Shown in pieces: positions 51,298 through 64,000 of a stretch of 64,000 nt of DNA. The stretch comes from Octopus vulgaris. Lineage: Eukaryota. The translations under genes were made by a program, and so were the position numbers. How positions within the stretch are numbered: position 1 is the stretch's first letter; each line of letters starts with the position of its first letter. The notes beneath the pieces were generated by a model. That model was not told the origin of the DNA and did not search any database. It saw nothing but the letters and a program-made list of their open reading frames with translations. The DNA lies in assembly GCA_951406725.2 (NCBI GenBank), contig OX597814.1:166780001-166844000 (forward strand), read 5' to 3'.

Positions 51298-51695
51298 CAT
51301 GCGTATGCATGTTATTTGTTTCAGTCGGATTGCGGCCATGCTGGAGCAAAGTCTTGAAGAGTTTCGTATGGTACTTATTCATGCGTATTTCCTTTGGTAA
51401 ACCGCTAGACTTACGGGGACGTATACAAACCAACATCTGTTGTTAAGCAGTGGGAGAGGAGAAGTCTCCTTGATTAGTAGTAGTAGCAGCTTCCAGCCAC
51501 ACGGTCCAAAAGATTCTCCTTTTCTAACGCATCTGGTGTCGCTGTCTTGCCGATCTCACTTCACGAGACCCACCCTAACCAATAGCAGCTCACTTTACAA
51601 TATTCCTCCTATTGGTAATCTGAGCTTGGACGAGCTTGGTTTCTATTACAAAGGCTACGAAACATTAAGTCGCACGAAGCCGAATCAAACTATTT

Positions 51696-51862
<167 letters not shown>

Positions 51863-51899
51863 TAGCTGAACCCTTGAAAAATTCACGGAAAACAAAAAC

Positions 51900-52040
51900 A
51901 TGTACGTTCTGAGTTCAAGTTCTGCCGAGGTCGACTTTGTCTTTTGTCCTTTCGGGGTCGATAAATTAAGTATCAGTTGTGTACTGGGGTCGATCTAATC
52001 AACTGGCCCACTCCCCACAAAAATTTCAGGCCTAGAAAAG
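51900..52040 (+). mobile_element. SINE family B, partial
   Basis: Match to family. Confidence 0.8.
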
Positions 52041-52214
52041 TATATTGTGACAGTTACAGAAAATAGAAAGTAATGTAACACCAATGACTATATAATCCAA
52101 CCAAAATATCTCAGTTACACAAACATAAGCGGAATTACAATTTAACTTTAAAATACATCGTACATATTTCAAAGAAACTTTTTGGTTTAGTGATACAGAA
52201 CGTTTTTCTGGTAT

Positions 52215-52972
52215 TCTTTTATTCTTTTGCTTGTTTCAGTCATTTGACGGTGGCCATCCTGGAGCAACACACTTTAGTCGAAGAAGTTGATCCCTGGACT
52301 TATTCAGGGTGCTTATTCTATCAGTCTCCTCAGCTGAACAGCTAAATTACAGGGATGCAAACGCACCAACATCCGTTGTCAAGCAATGGTGGTGGTGGGA
52401 CGGACATAGACACAAACGCACACACACACATACATACATACATGTCCCGTTTCTTTGTTTTTTTCGTTGTTCGAAAAAAAAAGTTTCGTTTCTCATTGTG
52501 TTTAACGTTTTTTTTTAGGTCCTGTACCCATATATGCATGTATATATACATATATATGGAGGTATACTCTTTTACTCTTTTACTCGTTTCAGTCATTTGA
52601 CTGTGGCCATGCTGGAGCACCGCCTTTAGTCGAGCAAATCGACCCCGGGAATTATTCTTTGTAAGCCCAGTACTTATTCTATCGTCTCTTTTGCCGAACC
52701 GCTAAGTGACGGGGACGTAAACACACCAGCATCGGTTGTCAAGCAATGCTAGGGGGGGCGGACACAGACACACAAACCCATACACACACATTCATACATA
52801 TATATACATATATACGACAGGCTTCTTTCAGTTTCCGTCTACCAAATCCACTCACAAGGCATTGGTCGACCTGGGGCTATAGCAGAAGACACTTGCCCAA
52901 GATGCCACGCAGTGGGACTGAACCCGGAACCATGTGGTTAGTTAGCAAGCTACTTACCACACAGCCACTCCT
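52215..52972 (-). mobile_element. Two family A SINE copies (3' half at about 52215-52430, full at about 52566-52972)
   Basis: Reverse complement match to family. Confidence 0.88.
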
Positions 52973-53036
52973 ATGTATGGACATATATATATGTACATAT
53001 GCATATATTTATATATTTTTACTATCATATATATAT

Positions 53037-53323
53037 ATTGATAAAAACGGTAAGACAACAAAAGAATGAGAGAGACCTCGATATTATGTAAATAGAGGAA
53101 TTTTAGAGGAATGTTGAGACGTGTGCGGGTATGCGCGTATATAGGCGTGTGTGTGCGTGCATACGGGTATGTGCGTATATGGACGTGGTTTACTCTTTGC
53201 TTATTTTTATACTCCCTTATACCCTTTTTCTATATTGTTACCCTTAACCCTGTGTTTTCTTGTGCTTGTGCGTATATAGACGTGTGTATGAACTTTTTTG
53301 GTGCGCGCGCGCGCGCGTGTGTT

Positions 53324-53361
<38 letters not shown>

Positions 53362-53609
53362 GCGAATGGTGCGGGTGAGGTTGTGATAACATGGACGTTA
53401 TCAAAGAAGACGAACATAAAAAAAAAACAAGGACGGGTCATTCGAAGTTTTCTATCCTCAGTCAAGAACCGGATCATCCTCGCAATTTCGGTGAATTTCC
53501 ACCTCGGCATCCGAAACTCGGAGTTTTATCATGGCTACCAATAAATTCCTCTATTTACATAATATCGAGGTCTCTTTCATTCTTTTGCTGTCTTACCATT
53601 TTTATCAAT
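53037..53609. mobile_element. Foldback element with about 67-bp inverted termini, flanked by (TA)n
   Basis: ATTGATAAAAACGGTAAGACA...GACCTCGATATTATGTAAATAGAGGAATTT vs reverse complement at 53543-53609. Confidence 0.85.
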
Positions 53610-53842
53610 TTATATATATATATATGGTGTATACGAAAAGTATGTCTGTGTGTGTATATAATTTCATTCATTTTTCATTAATGTCTGCCATTGGATTGGA
53701 ATTATGCCGGGACATCATGTTTATACTTTTAAAATATTTACCTGGCCTCAGTACTGAAACCTGATATTAATAATCGTATGAGCCTAGTGTATGTTGCTTC
53801 AAGGAGCATGTATATGTAAACATATATCTGTGTGTGTTTGTG

Positions 53843-53908
<66 letters not shown>

Positions 53909-54201
53909 TTAGCATGGTCATTGAGAAACTATTTTAATTATTTTGTTTTTATATTATTCTCTTAACCATCCTCAATTGCTTGTTCCAGCTTCTGAAGATA
54001 ATTCAATTTTGCTTGTTAAATTTTGACACTCGTGTAAACCACACTTCGATATTTTTTCTTAATATTTAGATTTCTCTCTTTACTTTTATTTTCGTGCATT
54101 TTTTTGTCAATTTCAACGCGTTAATATTTAGTGTGTTATAGCTTCTGTTTATATACATACATACATAAATGTGTGCATATGTGTGTGTGTAGATATATAT
54201 A

Positions 54202-54570
54202 GGCGCAGGAGTGGCTGTGTGGTAAGTAGCTTGCTTACCAACCACATGGTTCCGGGTTCAGTCCCACTGCGTGGCATCTTGGGCAAGTGTCTTCTGCTAT
54301 AGCCTCGGGCCGACCAATGCCTTGTGAGTGGATTTAGTAGACGGAAACTGAAAGAAGCCTGTCGTATATATGTATATATATATGTATGTATGTGTGTGTA
54401 TGTGTTTGTGTGTCTGTGTTTGTCCCCCTAGCATTGCTTGACAACCGATGCTGGTGTGTTTATGTCCCCGTCACTTAGCGGCTCGGCAAAAAGAGACCGA
54501 TAGAATAAGTACTGGGCTCGACTAAAGGCGGTGCTCCAGCATGGCCGCAGTCAAATGACTGAAACAAGTA
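54202..54570 (+). mobile_element. SINE family A
   Basis: Match to family. Confidence 0.92.
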
Positions 54571-54580
54571 ATAAAAAAAA

Positions 54581-54642
<62 letters not shown>

Positions 54643-55347
54643 GGAACACAGTGTATGACTGACCTCATATTTCAGTTATCAAGGTAACAAAAAGTATATA
54701 CACCAGTATAAAAACAAGGAGAGGAACGGAACAAGTAAGAAAAAGAGGAGTGCTAGACAAGCAACCCTCACCACAACCTGCCAAGTTATAGAAATCTGAC
54801 CAAAAGAAGAAAGTGTATGGAAAAACAGTAAGTGAACACGTGTTATTTCAAATGCAAACAGGATTTATTATTTTCTTAAATGGTTTGTATAGAAAAGATA
54901 TATCGAAATTTGATGTTTTTCACCGTACAGCTTAAAAGATAATTAAGATTCGTCCTGCGGCACGCACACACTCAATCATATACACATACATATATATATA
55001 TATATTTGTATATGTGTATGTGTGCATATGCAACAGAGACTTCCTTGCTTTTACTTCATTTCTCACCAATTCCAATAAAATATTCAGTATTTACTCCCGT
55101 TTCTGGCCGTCTCCAGTGTAAATTATGTGTGTAAAATATTCTTGCTAATGATTATCAAGTTTTAGAAAGTTTCAACATGAAATTCTTTTAAAAAGCACGA
55201 TAAAAAATATTACAATATTTTCTAAAAAAAATAGTGTTAAAGAGAAAATTGTAAGTAAGAAAGAAAGGAAGAAAAGAAGGAAGGTAAGGAGGAAGAAAGA
55301 AGATTGATTTACGTCGATGCACAAAACTAGTAATTTCTCTTGAGATT

Positions 55348-55821
55348 ACACTGTGTAACACGGTTTTTGTCCTTGGGTAGCAACAGTTATTTCCTGTTTG
55401 CTTACCTCTAGAAAGTATGAAAAATGGTCCTTCAAACTTTGCTTCTGCTACATTTATTTAAACCTCAAAGAATCCTACTCGACACATGGCTATGATGTTC
55501 CCCCACTACTCCTGCTCATAGTCAGAAATGCACATATTTTTAGCCACTAAGAGGCATGCTCAAGTGGTTAAAGTCAAGCAATTGGCAAACATGTCTGTTG
55601 TATTGAGCAGAATATTTCTGCTTCGGGCAGCTGAGCGCTGAATATATCTGACTGTAATGTAAAATAGGTTAGTTTCAAAACATTGATGTCCAGGTCACAA
55701 AAACAAAGTTTGAAGGGAATAATAGTTATTTCCTTTGATTTCTAGATAGAAGCAAATAGGAAATAACACTTTCTGACCAAAAATAAAAACAAAAAAATAA
55801 GAAAAATTTTATTACACAGTA
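55348..55821. mobile_element. TIR element (Tc1/MITE-like) carrying a segment shared with 61540-61680
   Basis: TACACTGTGTAA...GTTATTTCCTGTTTGCTT...TCTAGAAA vs TTTCTAGA...AAGCAAATAGGAAATAAC...TTACACAGTA. Confidence 0.6.
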
Positions 55822-55926
55822 TTATTGAATGCAATGGCTTGGCTTCAAATCAACAAAATGAATTTGTCGAAATCGAGGTACACGTGTCTTGTATGATGAG
55901 AGTAGAAAATATTAAACAAAGAAGAC

Positions 55927-56338
55927 AGCGAGCTGGCAGAAACGTTAGCGCGCCGGGCGAAATGCTTAGCAGTATTTCGTCTGCCGTTATATTCTGAGTT
56001 CAAATTCCGCCGAGGTCGACTTTGCCTTTCATCCTTTCAGGGTCGATTAAATAAGTACCAGTTACGCACTGGGGTCGATGTAATCGACTTAATCCGTTTG
56101 TCTGTCCTTGTTTGTCCTCTCTGTGTTTAGCCCCTTGTGGGTAGTAAAGAAATAAGTATTTCGTCTGCCGTTACGTTATGAGTTCAAATTCCGCCGAGGT
56201 CGACTTTGCCTTTCATCCTTTCGGGGTCGATAAATTAAGTACCAGTTACGCACTGGGGTCGATGTAGTCGACTTAATCCCTTTTTCTGTCTTCGTGTATT
56301 CCTTCTATGTTTAGCCCCTTGTGAGCAATAAAGAAATA
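55927..56338 (+). mobile_element. Family B SINE tandem dimer
   Basis: GTATTTCGTCTGCCGTTA...TAAAGAAATAAG repeated twice. Confidence 0.92.
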
Positions 56339-57869
56339 AGAAAATATTAAACAATTTGATTTTCCGGTTGAACGGTAGGATTCTTTAAATCGAGTATTTA
56401 CCCAGTCTCATTGAACACGTGTAAGTGTATAATATCTTAAAGACCAGAATCGTTCTCACTTCCAATATCTCGAAGTTATAATAAAGGCTTTAATAAAAAT
56501 CTAACTTAATTATAATGAGCAGAACTTACCAGCGACACTACAACTCCGTTACTGGTGGTCAATTTACGACTAAACTTCTCAAAGTCGCCACAGATGATAG
56601 GCCTAACAATTTCTAACAAATCTCTTGGTGGTTCCAGAAATATAAACATTGCTAAAACTATATTCCATAAACTGTTTTTTTTCTTTGTAGAATCAGACAA
56701 TTCTCCAGCTTCTCTTAATAGCTCACTCTCAGAAATGCTCAAGTGAAGTGCAACCCAGATTAAAGCACTACTCACATATCTGGGACAATGCCAGAAGTAC
56801 ATACATAGCCGAAACAGCATTCCTCGCGGTTACAGATTTACAGACGTACTGTTCACATTTTATTTATTTATATTTTGCCTTTGTTTCATTTACCGCTACA
56901 ATAGCTTCCGATTGTGTATGATAGTCTGCTATATATCACCTCTATCCTGACTTACACAATGCACCCATGTTTAATCTTCCTCACGATCCTTCATCCAAAA
57001 ATTATTACTAAACATTTTGATCCTTTCTTCTTATCAAATTTTACCAAGGTCTTTTTTTTACAAATAACTCAAAATCGCTGGAAATGCCAGATCTCACGAT
57101 TTCTGATGATATTCCATAGCAACCTCACATATATCATATTGACAAAACTTTATTCAAATATCAGGCTTTCTCCCCAGGAAAAAAAAAACTTCAGCTTTAA
57201 TCAATTAGTGACCTACTCTACAATACTCAAGTAAAATTTTCTGTACAGTGTTGCTAAATTATCTAGGACCATAAACGAACACGCTTTTGCATTTCTGTTT
57301 TTGTCTCAAGTTCTTCAGCAGTTACTATAGTAGACACCACTCCTCTGAACTGTAGGAAGTAGGATATCACTTCTACACTGGGTTATCTGATCCATCCTCC
57401 TTTACGTTCTCCTAATTGTGTCTTACTCGTCAAACACCGTACAAAATCGTTGCCCACTAATTCGTCCAAATAAATAAATGTAACAATATGAAATGCACTG
57501 AGATTGTAATATTTGAATAAAGGAGTAATTCCAGAAACTTCAGTCACAATAAATTGTAATTTAACACATAAATTTACTAATGTTTGCGATGCACATAAAT
57601 TTGCAAATAAGTATTGTTCATCGGCTTAAAAACGAAACAATTCTGGAATTACTTAGAAATGCACAAAGTCACATATTTGGAGTTAGATAGAATCCGATAA
57701 AAACTTCCTCCTTAATTCACTGCTAATGACTTTATAGACTCCTAAAAAAATCAATCGCAAAGCTGGTTTCAGTCAGGTTTGAACAACGGACGTAATTAAG
57801 TACCACAAGGTATTTTGTTAGGCGCTCATAATGATTTTACCACCCCCACCGTCATTGTAGTCACTTATA

Positions 57870-58270
57870 AGGGCTTCAAATTTTTGCACAACGCCAAGGA
57901 AAGGGATTACATCGACCGCTGGGTTCAGCTGGTACTTATTTATTGACCCCACCGAAAGGATGAAAAGCAAAGTCAACTCCCGCAGAACGTTAAGAGCAGG
58001 AAGAACTATCGCTAAACATTTCATCCGACGCATTAACGATTCTTATTTCTTTACTGCCCACAAGGGGCTAAACATAGAGGGGACAAACAAGGACAGACAA
58101 ACGGATTAAGTCGATTACATCGACCCCAGTGCGTAACTGGTACTTTATTTATCGACCCCGAAAGGATGAAATGCAAAGTCGACCTCGACGGAATTTGAAC
58201 TCAGAACGTAGCGGCAGACGAAATACCGCTAAGCATTTCGCCCGGCGTGCTAACGATTCTTCCACCTCGC
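57870..58270 (-). mobile_element. Two family B SINE copies
   Basis: Reverse complement match to family. Confidence 0.88.
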
Positions 58271-59149
58271 TCCATTTTCGCAATTGCTTATAATATTAGA
58301 GTTTTTATTGCTAGCATTGTTGTTATTCTTTTTGGTTGTGATATTGCTCAACATTTTACCTTCTGTATTCCATTTTTTTAATATTCTGCCATTAGCTTCT
58401 GCCATTATTTCATATTTTCTTTCCTGTGTCAACTGACTATTACATAAGTCTGTCGTTTTCCTTGAGTCTTCCAACCATATTTACTTGTATGTATTTATTT
58501 ATTATTTTTATTGGTGATTTATTTTCAAAGTGATTTCATTGACATTTAAAGCAGTTTGACCTGTACAAACTAGACAGAGGCGCTGAAGAGAATTTTGTAA
58601 ATAAACAATAAAAATGTTTGTTCTTTACTGAAACACTAAGAAATTATTCTGCGAATCCTAAGTTACCACTACCATAATTCAACAAAAAAGAAAAGACAGA
58701 AAAGAAAGTAAACTTATTCAAACATGAATACTTTTATTTAAAGGGAACTGAGACGTGAGGAAGAAAAGTGAAGGAAGCTAGGAGGAAAAAAAGTGAAGTA
58801 TGTACAATGAATAGGTTTAGATGAGATTTTAGGTTTAGGTTAATCTAATAGAGCAAGAACAGCTGTAGTTGCAAAAGAAGAGGTAGAGGGAGTTTAAAGT
58901 TTAGTATGTAGTTTAGAATATATATGTTTTTAAACATTTCACGTTCATGTTGAAGTGTCAGAAATTATTGTCTTATCTCCAAAGGAAAGTCAAAAGCTAT
59001 GGAAGGATGTTTCGACTCTCATTGTCCAAGTTTATTCATCGTGATTGATCATCAAAGATCGTTAGGTTTAACATTTAACATCTGAAGTGCGTATGGAAAT
59101 TTTAGTTGTGAGTATTTTAAATATAACACAAAAAATATATATTGGTTTA

Positions 59150-60130
59150 ATCTGGATATCGGTGTACTTAGCAAAAATATTTTAGAAAAATATATTCCTT
59201 TTTAGTTAAAAAATTAAGGCTCAATTAAACCTGGAAAGGTTTAGTTCTATTAATAACAAGAAGTGCACTAAGTTTATCCAGTTCAACATTTGTAGTTACT
59301 ATTCCTCTAATAAGCCAATTATACTCAACAAAGCACTCTGGTTTGCATACAACAAAGCAGGTCTCACCCGGGATGAAATTAATGTGGTGTTAGCTGCTAG
59401 AAAATAGATCATTAAATTTGAAAATAAGCTATGGATCCGTAAAGATACGCCTGACAGTTTTGATGTTACGATGGGAAGTTCTAACTCAGCACTATTGGCT
59501 GATTTGGTTGGTATATATATATATATATCATTTATGAGATGGCTGACCAATTCCCAAACATCGATGGAGATTTATATGGTGATGATTGTCTGCGCTACTT
59601 TCAAAATATTTCTAGCCAAAAATTACAAATAGGTTGGTTAATTTTTTTCGAAACATGGTCTTAAACATTATTTTCGATGATGATATAACTAAAGCCAACT
59701 TTTTGGATATTACCCTTAACTTATATAATGATTCATATTTTCCATATCATAAATCCTCAACTAATTTAAAATATATTAGCTCTTTCAGTAATCATCCAAA
59801 GGCTATTACAAGGAATTTAGTTGGAAATATTTCACTTAGACTTTGTAGATTATCAGCTAATGTTAATATCTTCAACGATAAAGCTGAATTTTATAACTCT
59901 GCCTTACTTAAAGCAGGCTATAAAGAAAAAATACCTATATTAACCCCATTGACAATAATTCTGCTTCTATTAATCAGGACATGAAAACACGTCATAACGG
60001 TAATAACAATATAAATTTTAGTTCGAATAACACTAAATCGAGAAATGTTAATTTGCAGCGTAAGGGAGATAACCGTTCTTTATATCCCTTTATACGTAAT
60101 AGAAATAAGTCTAGGACTTTTACAGACTTA
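59150..60130 (+). mobile_element. PLE reverse transcriptase relic (lineage 1)
   Basis: DIGVLSKNILEK; LWIRKDTPDSFDVTMGS...ADLVGIYI; DLYGDDCL; NFLDITLNL...SNHPKAITRNL. Confidence 0.85.
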
Positions 60131-60194
60131 ATAAGAAGGTGTGTCCTGGTAAAACTATATGGCTGATCATTCCATTTATAAGTCCATTTATAAG

Positions 60195-61363
60195 TGCTTG
60201 AAATTCTTAGAAATCAGTCTTTATCGTAAGGTACTAGAAAAATACGGCAACCCATTCTCCCTTTACATAGAAAATAACTGGAAGAGGTATCTGGATGACT
60301 GTTTCATTCTTTGGCATGGAAGTATAGAGAGACTGAAAGAATTTCAAGCACTTATAATGGACTTGACGTAAACATTCAATTCACGATGGAATATAACTAT
60401 CAACAACTTCCTTTCCTCGACATCCTCATTAAGAAATCTAACAACGAAATAGAAACAGATATATACTATAAGCCCACGGACTCCAAGCAATATGTACCGT
60501 TCAACTCATGCCACTCCAGACACACTATAATGAATATCCCTTTCAACCTAGCAAAAAGGATTTGTACTATAGTTTCTAATACAAGCACCAGGGACACAGG
60601 ACTACATGAACTTAAGGATACACTCATTACTAGGGACTACCCACTATCACTAATATACGCTTTCAACGTGCCCTACAACTTAACATCCACGAACTCAGGC
60701 ATCCCAAATTAAAGAAGGATTTACTACCAAAAGCCCTACCATACATCTCCACACACAATTCTCTTAACAATGAAGCCTTCGACACCATCCTCCAGTACAT
60801 TCCCCTACTAAAAGGGTACTACAGAATGAATTTAATCCTCCAAACGCACACCATCATAAAGAGCAAAAGACAGCCCAAATCTATGAAAAATCTCCTAACA
60901 CAAGCCCAAGTACGCTCGACAACAACAGCGAAACTGTCAGTAAAAAAATGCGGAAGATCTAACTGTGGTATATGCGTCAACCTAATTGAGGATAAGAGTT
61001 CTCTTTCAAGCAGGGTCAACGTTTTACAGTGAAAAGCAACATCACATGTGCTTCGGAGAACCTGATATATGTATTAACTTGTTCTGGGTGTCGAGAGCAA
61101 TATATAGGCCAAACCAAAAATAGTCTACGTTAAAGGATGGCTCTACATAGATCCCAGATCAAGATTCGGAAATACGGAAAAATAGCATTCAGCGAATATT
61201 TGCGCCAATACCATACAACCCAAGCTTCAGAATTTTCCCATCTATCAATTCAGGGATGATGTAACCTGTAGTCAACGCATTAGTTAAGAGTCATACTTTA
61301 TCACAAAATATAAACCCCTTTTGAATGCGTCCACCACAAAGGACACTATTACAAAGGCCTTAG
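60195..61363 (+). mobile_element. PLE RT plus GIY-YIG relic (lineage 2)
   Basis: WKRYLDDCFILW; IQFTME...LPFLDILI...IYYKPTDSKQY; KCGRSNCGIC; NLIYVLTCSGCREQYIGQTK. Confidence 0.93.
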
Positions 61364-61539
61364 AATAATACCCACGCAAATATCTAAAACGATATATTCA
61401 GAACAGTCATTACTCATGAATTTATTCAGAACAATTCCAATCACTACTTCTCCAGCCACAATGGGTCACTTTTAAGTCACTTGACCATTTAAGAGGAATC
61501 CACCAACATCCTTACTACTGTCATACCAAAGTCTCCCTC

Positions 61540-61760
61540 TCAACACATGGCTATGATGCTCCCTCACTACCTTTGCTCCTGATCAGAGATGCACATATCG
61601 TCAGCCACTAAGGAACGTGCTCAACTGGTTAAGGTCAAACAATTGACCAGCAAATCTGTGGTATTGAGCAGAATATTTGCTGTAGCCCATCTTTTACACC
61701 AAGACAAAACAATGTACATGTTAACACTTCCAATCAGTTAAGATCAGAAGCCATGAGAGC
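61540..61760. repeat. Interspersed repeat (second copy at about 55480-55620), followed by (TTA)n to about 61915
   Basis: ACACATGGCTATGATG...ATGCACATAT...AGCCACTAAG...GTATTGAGCAGAATATTT shared. Confidence 0.75.
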
Positions 61761-61771
61761 TACGTCAGGGC

Positions 61772-61900
<129 letters not shown>

Positions 61901-62896
61901 CATCATCATTATTATGTTTATGTTTCACAAACTGTACGAGGTAACATGAAGGAAACTTGACTGCTAATTCTAGCACGTGGTGTAACCATATTGAGGCTGC
62001 GGCTCGTTGGCTCTTGGCTAGTTACAGTCTTGGAAATTGGTGAAAAATTGATCGAGTCTGCAAACAAACTAACCTATTCTGCAATGAAACAGCTACCTAC
62101 TCCTTCCATCATCTCCCAACATAGAAAACCACGTAATTATTGTTTAGCACCAGATCAACCCTATTAAGCCAACTCATGACCACAAGCAATCCGGTTATGA
62201 CCACTTCGTCTTTTTCCCAAGCTAATAAACAGAAAACTGTATTATTCAATGTCTTTCTTCCATTAAGACAACAGATTGTAATCTGGTTGCGATTATTACC
62301 GTGTCGCTTGACCGTATGTATATAGGTTCTTTTGTTGATGTGAAGAGCTACAACATAAGTGCATGATGGTGGACCAGGGTCTTTGGAACCCATAGTCGGT
62401 CATTCAGTACGGAAGCAGGGTGTTGATTTAAGACAGAAAAGAACGTGGTCTCTATCATTTGAAGTGGTTTTTTATCGAGCTTGGAGTTTTGAAGGAGATA
62501 GCAGGAGCATTGCCAAGACGAGTGGCTTTTGAAGTTATTGTTTAGCACCGTAGCACCAGGTGAACTTTTGACCGAGTCAACATATCGTAACTTATCGCAC
62601 TCGACAACTTTGTACACATGGTGGTTTAAGAATTTGAAACTGAGAAGGTATTTGTAGTAAGTTCAGAGTGAAAAATTGAAAGAAAGGAAGAAACAAACAA
62701 AGAAAGAAGGAAGGAAAGAAGGAAGAAAGGAAGGAAGGATCTAGTTTTTTCATTCGCAAAATATGCTTTTTTTAAAAGGAAGTAAAAAATCTGAAAATCG
62801 GTTATAATAATGTAGCATTCCAGTCTCATTGCTTTGAAGGTATGATGTTGTAGAGAAAAAAAATGGAGAAAAAAGTTGCAAATCTTAATGAAATAA

Positions 62897-63041
62897 AGTA
62901 GCTTGCTTACCAGCCACATGGTTCCGGGTTCAGTCCCACAGCGTGGCACGTTGGGCAAGTGTCTTCTGCTATAGCCTCGGGCCGACCAAAGCCTTATGAG
63001 TGGATTTGGTAGACGAAAACTGAAAAAAGTCCGTCGTATAT

Positions 63042-63109
<68 letters not shown>

Positions 63110-63300
63110 TGCGTGTCTGTCTTTGTCCCCCCAACATCGCTTGACAACCGATGCTGATTCTTTTACGTCCCCGTCACTTAGCGGCTCTACAAGAGAGAGC
63201 GATAGAATAAGTACTAGGCTTACAAAGGATAAGTCCCGGAGGTCGATTTTCTCGACTAAAGGCAGTACCCCAGCATGGCCGCAGTGAAATGACTGAAATA
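62897..63300 (+). mobile_element. SINE family A
   Basis: Match to family. Confidence 0.9.
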
Positions 63301-63328
63301 AAAAAATCAAAAAAATATAAGTGTGTGT

Positions 63329-63359
<31 letters not shown>

Positions 63360-64000
63360 AAAAGGGGGGGGGGCATCTGTCATCAAAACTCCAAAGTTGA
63401 GTAACGTTTTCATGCTTGGATTTGTAAACTACGATAAGAATAACACTGGTCAACAAAGAATTTGTCCCAAGGAAAAGAACACCTGTATCTTATACGCTTT
63501 TTGCCTGTAGAATTCAAAAATAATGTCAAATTATCTGTATTTCTCTCTTCCACGATATCCCACTCAGTTCCTGTTACGTGGGCTAAATTTCAGTTAAGCT
63601 GTTGAAATGTGAAGCTAACGGTTTAAGAAATACTCCTAATTTAAATTTTTATGAACAGAATTAACCTAGTGAAATTATAAATCCAGCTATCTGAGTCAAT
63701 GAGTCCTAAAAATATTTGAAATGAAAAATACGTTAAAAATACTAACACACAGAAGCACAGAAAAATATGTAATATACTAACACACAGAAAAATTAAAACA
63801 AAACATGTGGGTGAAAAGAATCACGTGGTGCGAAGAATGGACTCCTTTGATTACTATTTTATTCTGGAGGGCCCCATAACCATTTGATGTTTAAAAACTA
63901 ATTTTATAGATGCTTCTTTCAAAATTCCTATTTTGTTTTTCACACATTAACTTGTGTAGGTTGAATATGTAAAATGTTAGAGAAAGAAACCCAGCTGTTT

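Noticed and set aside
62000-62625. Short minus-strand ORFs
   Set aside because: No motif identifiable with confidence.

Overview
AT-rich, repeat-saturated animal genomic DNA, most likely octopus or another cephalopod (inferred from the SINE families and microsatellite load, not database-confirmed). No intact protein-coding gene can be supported; nearly all ORFs in the supplied track are translated microsatellites or SINE read-throughs. The window contains about 40 copies of three tRNA-like SINE families, six decayed Penelope-like retroelement (PLE; RT and/or GIY-YIG) fragments, the 3' end of an RLE-type (R4/Dong-like) LINE, a mariner transposase relic, several MITEs, two Helentron/DINE-like elements, a tRNA-Phe-like pseudogene and many microsatellites. 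The most notable signal is 11 type I hammerhead-ribozyme (HHR) motifs found by eye. One is fully canonical (35864-35916), several are minimal, and the core 3-8 pair occurs as C-G, G-C, U-G and a degenerate A-U. Most lie at PLE 3' ends or inside small foldback elements embedded in (TA)n tracts, including a direct-plus-inverted triple at 45.9-46.8 kb that could release a 417-nt RNA. A few splice-signal-bounded unique islands may be exons of an unidentified host transcript. Repeat boundaries are approximate (about +/-10-30 bp); HHR coordinates were counted by hand.
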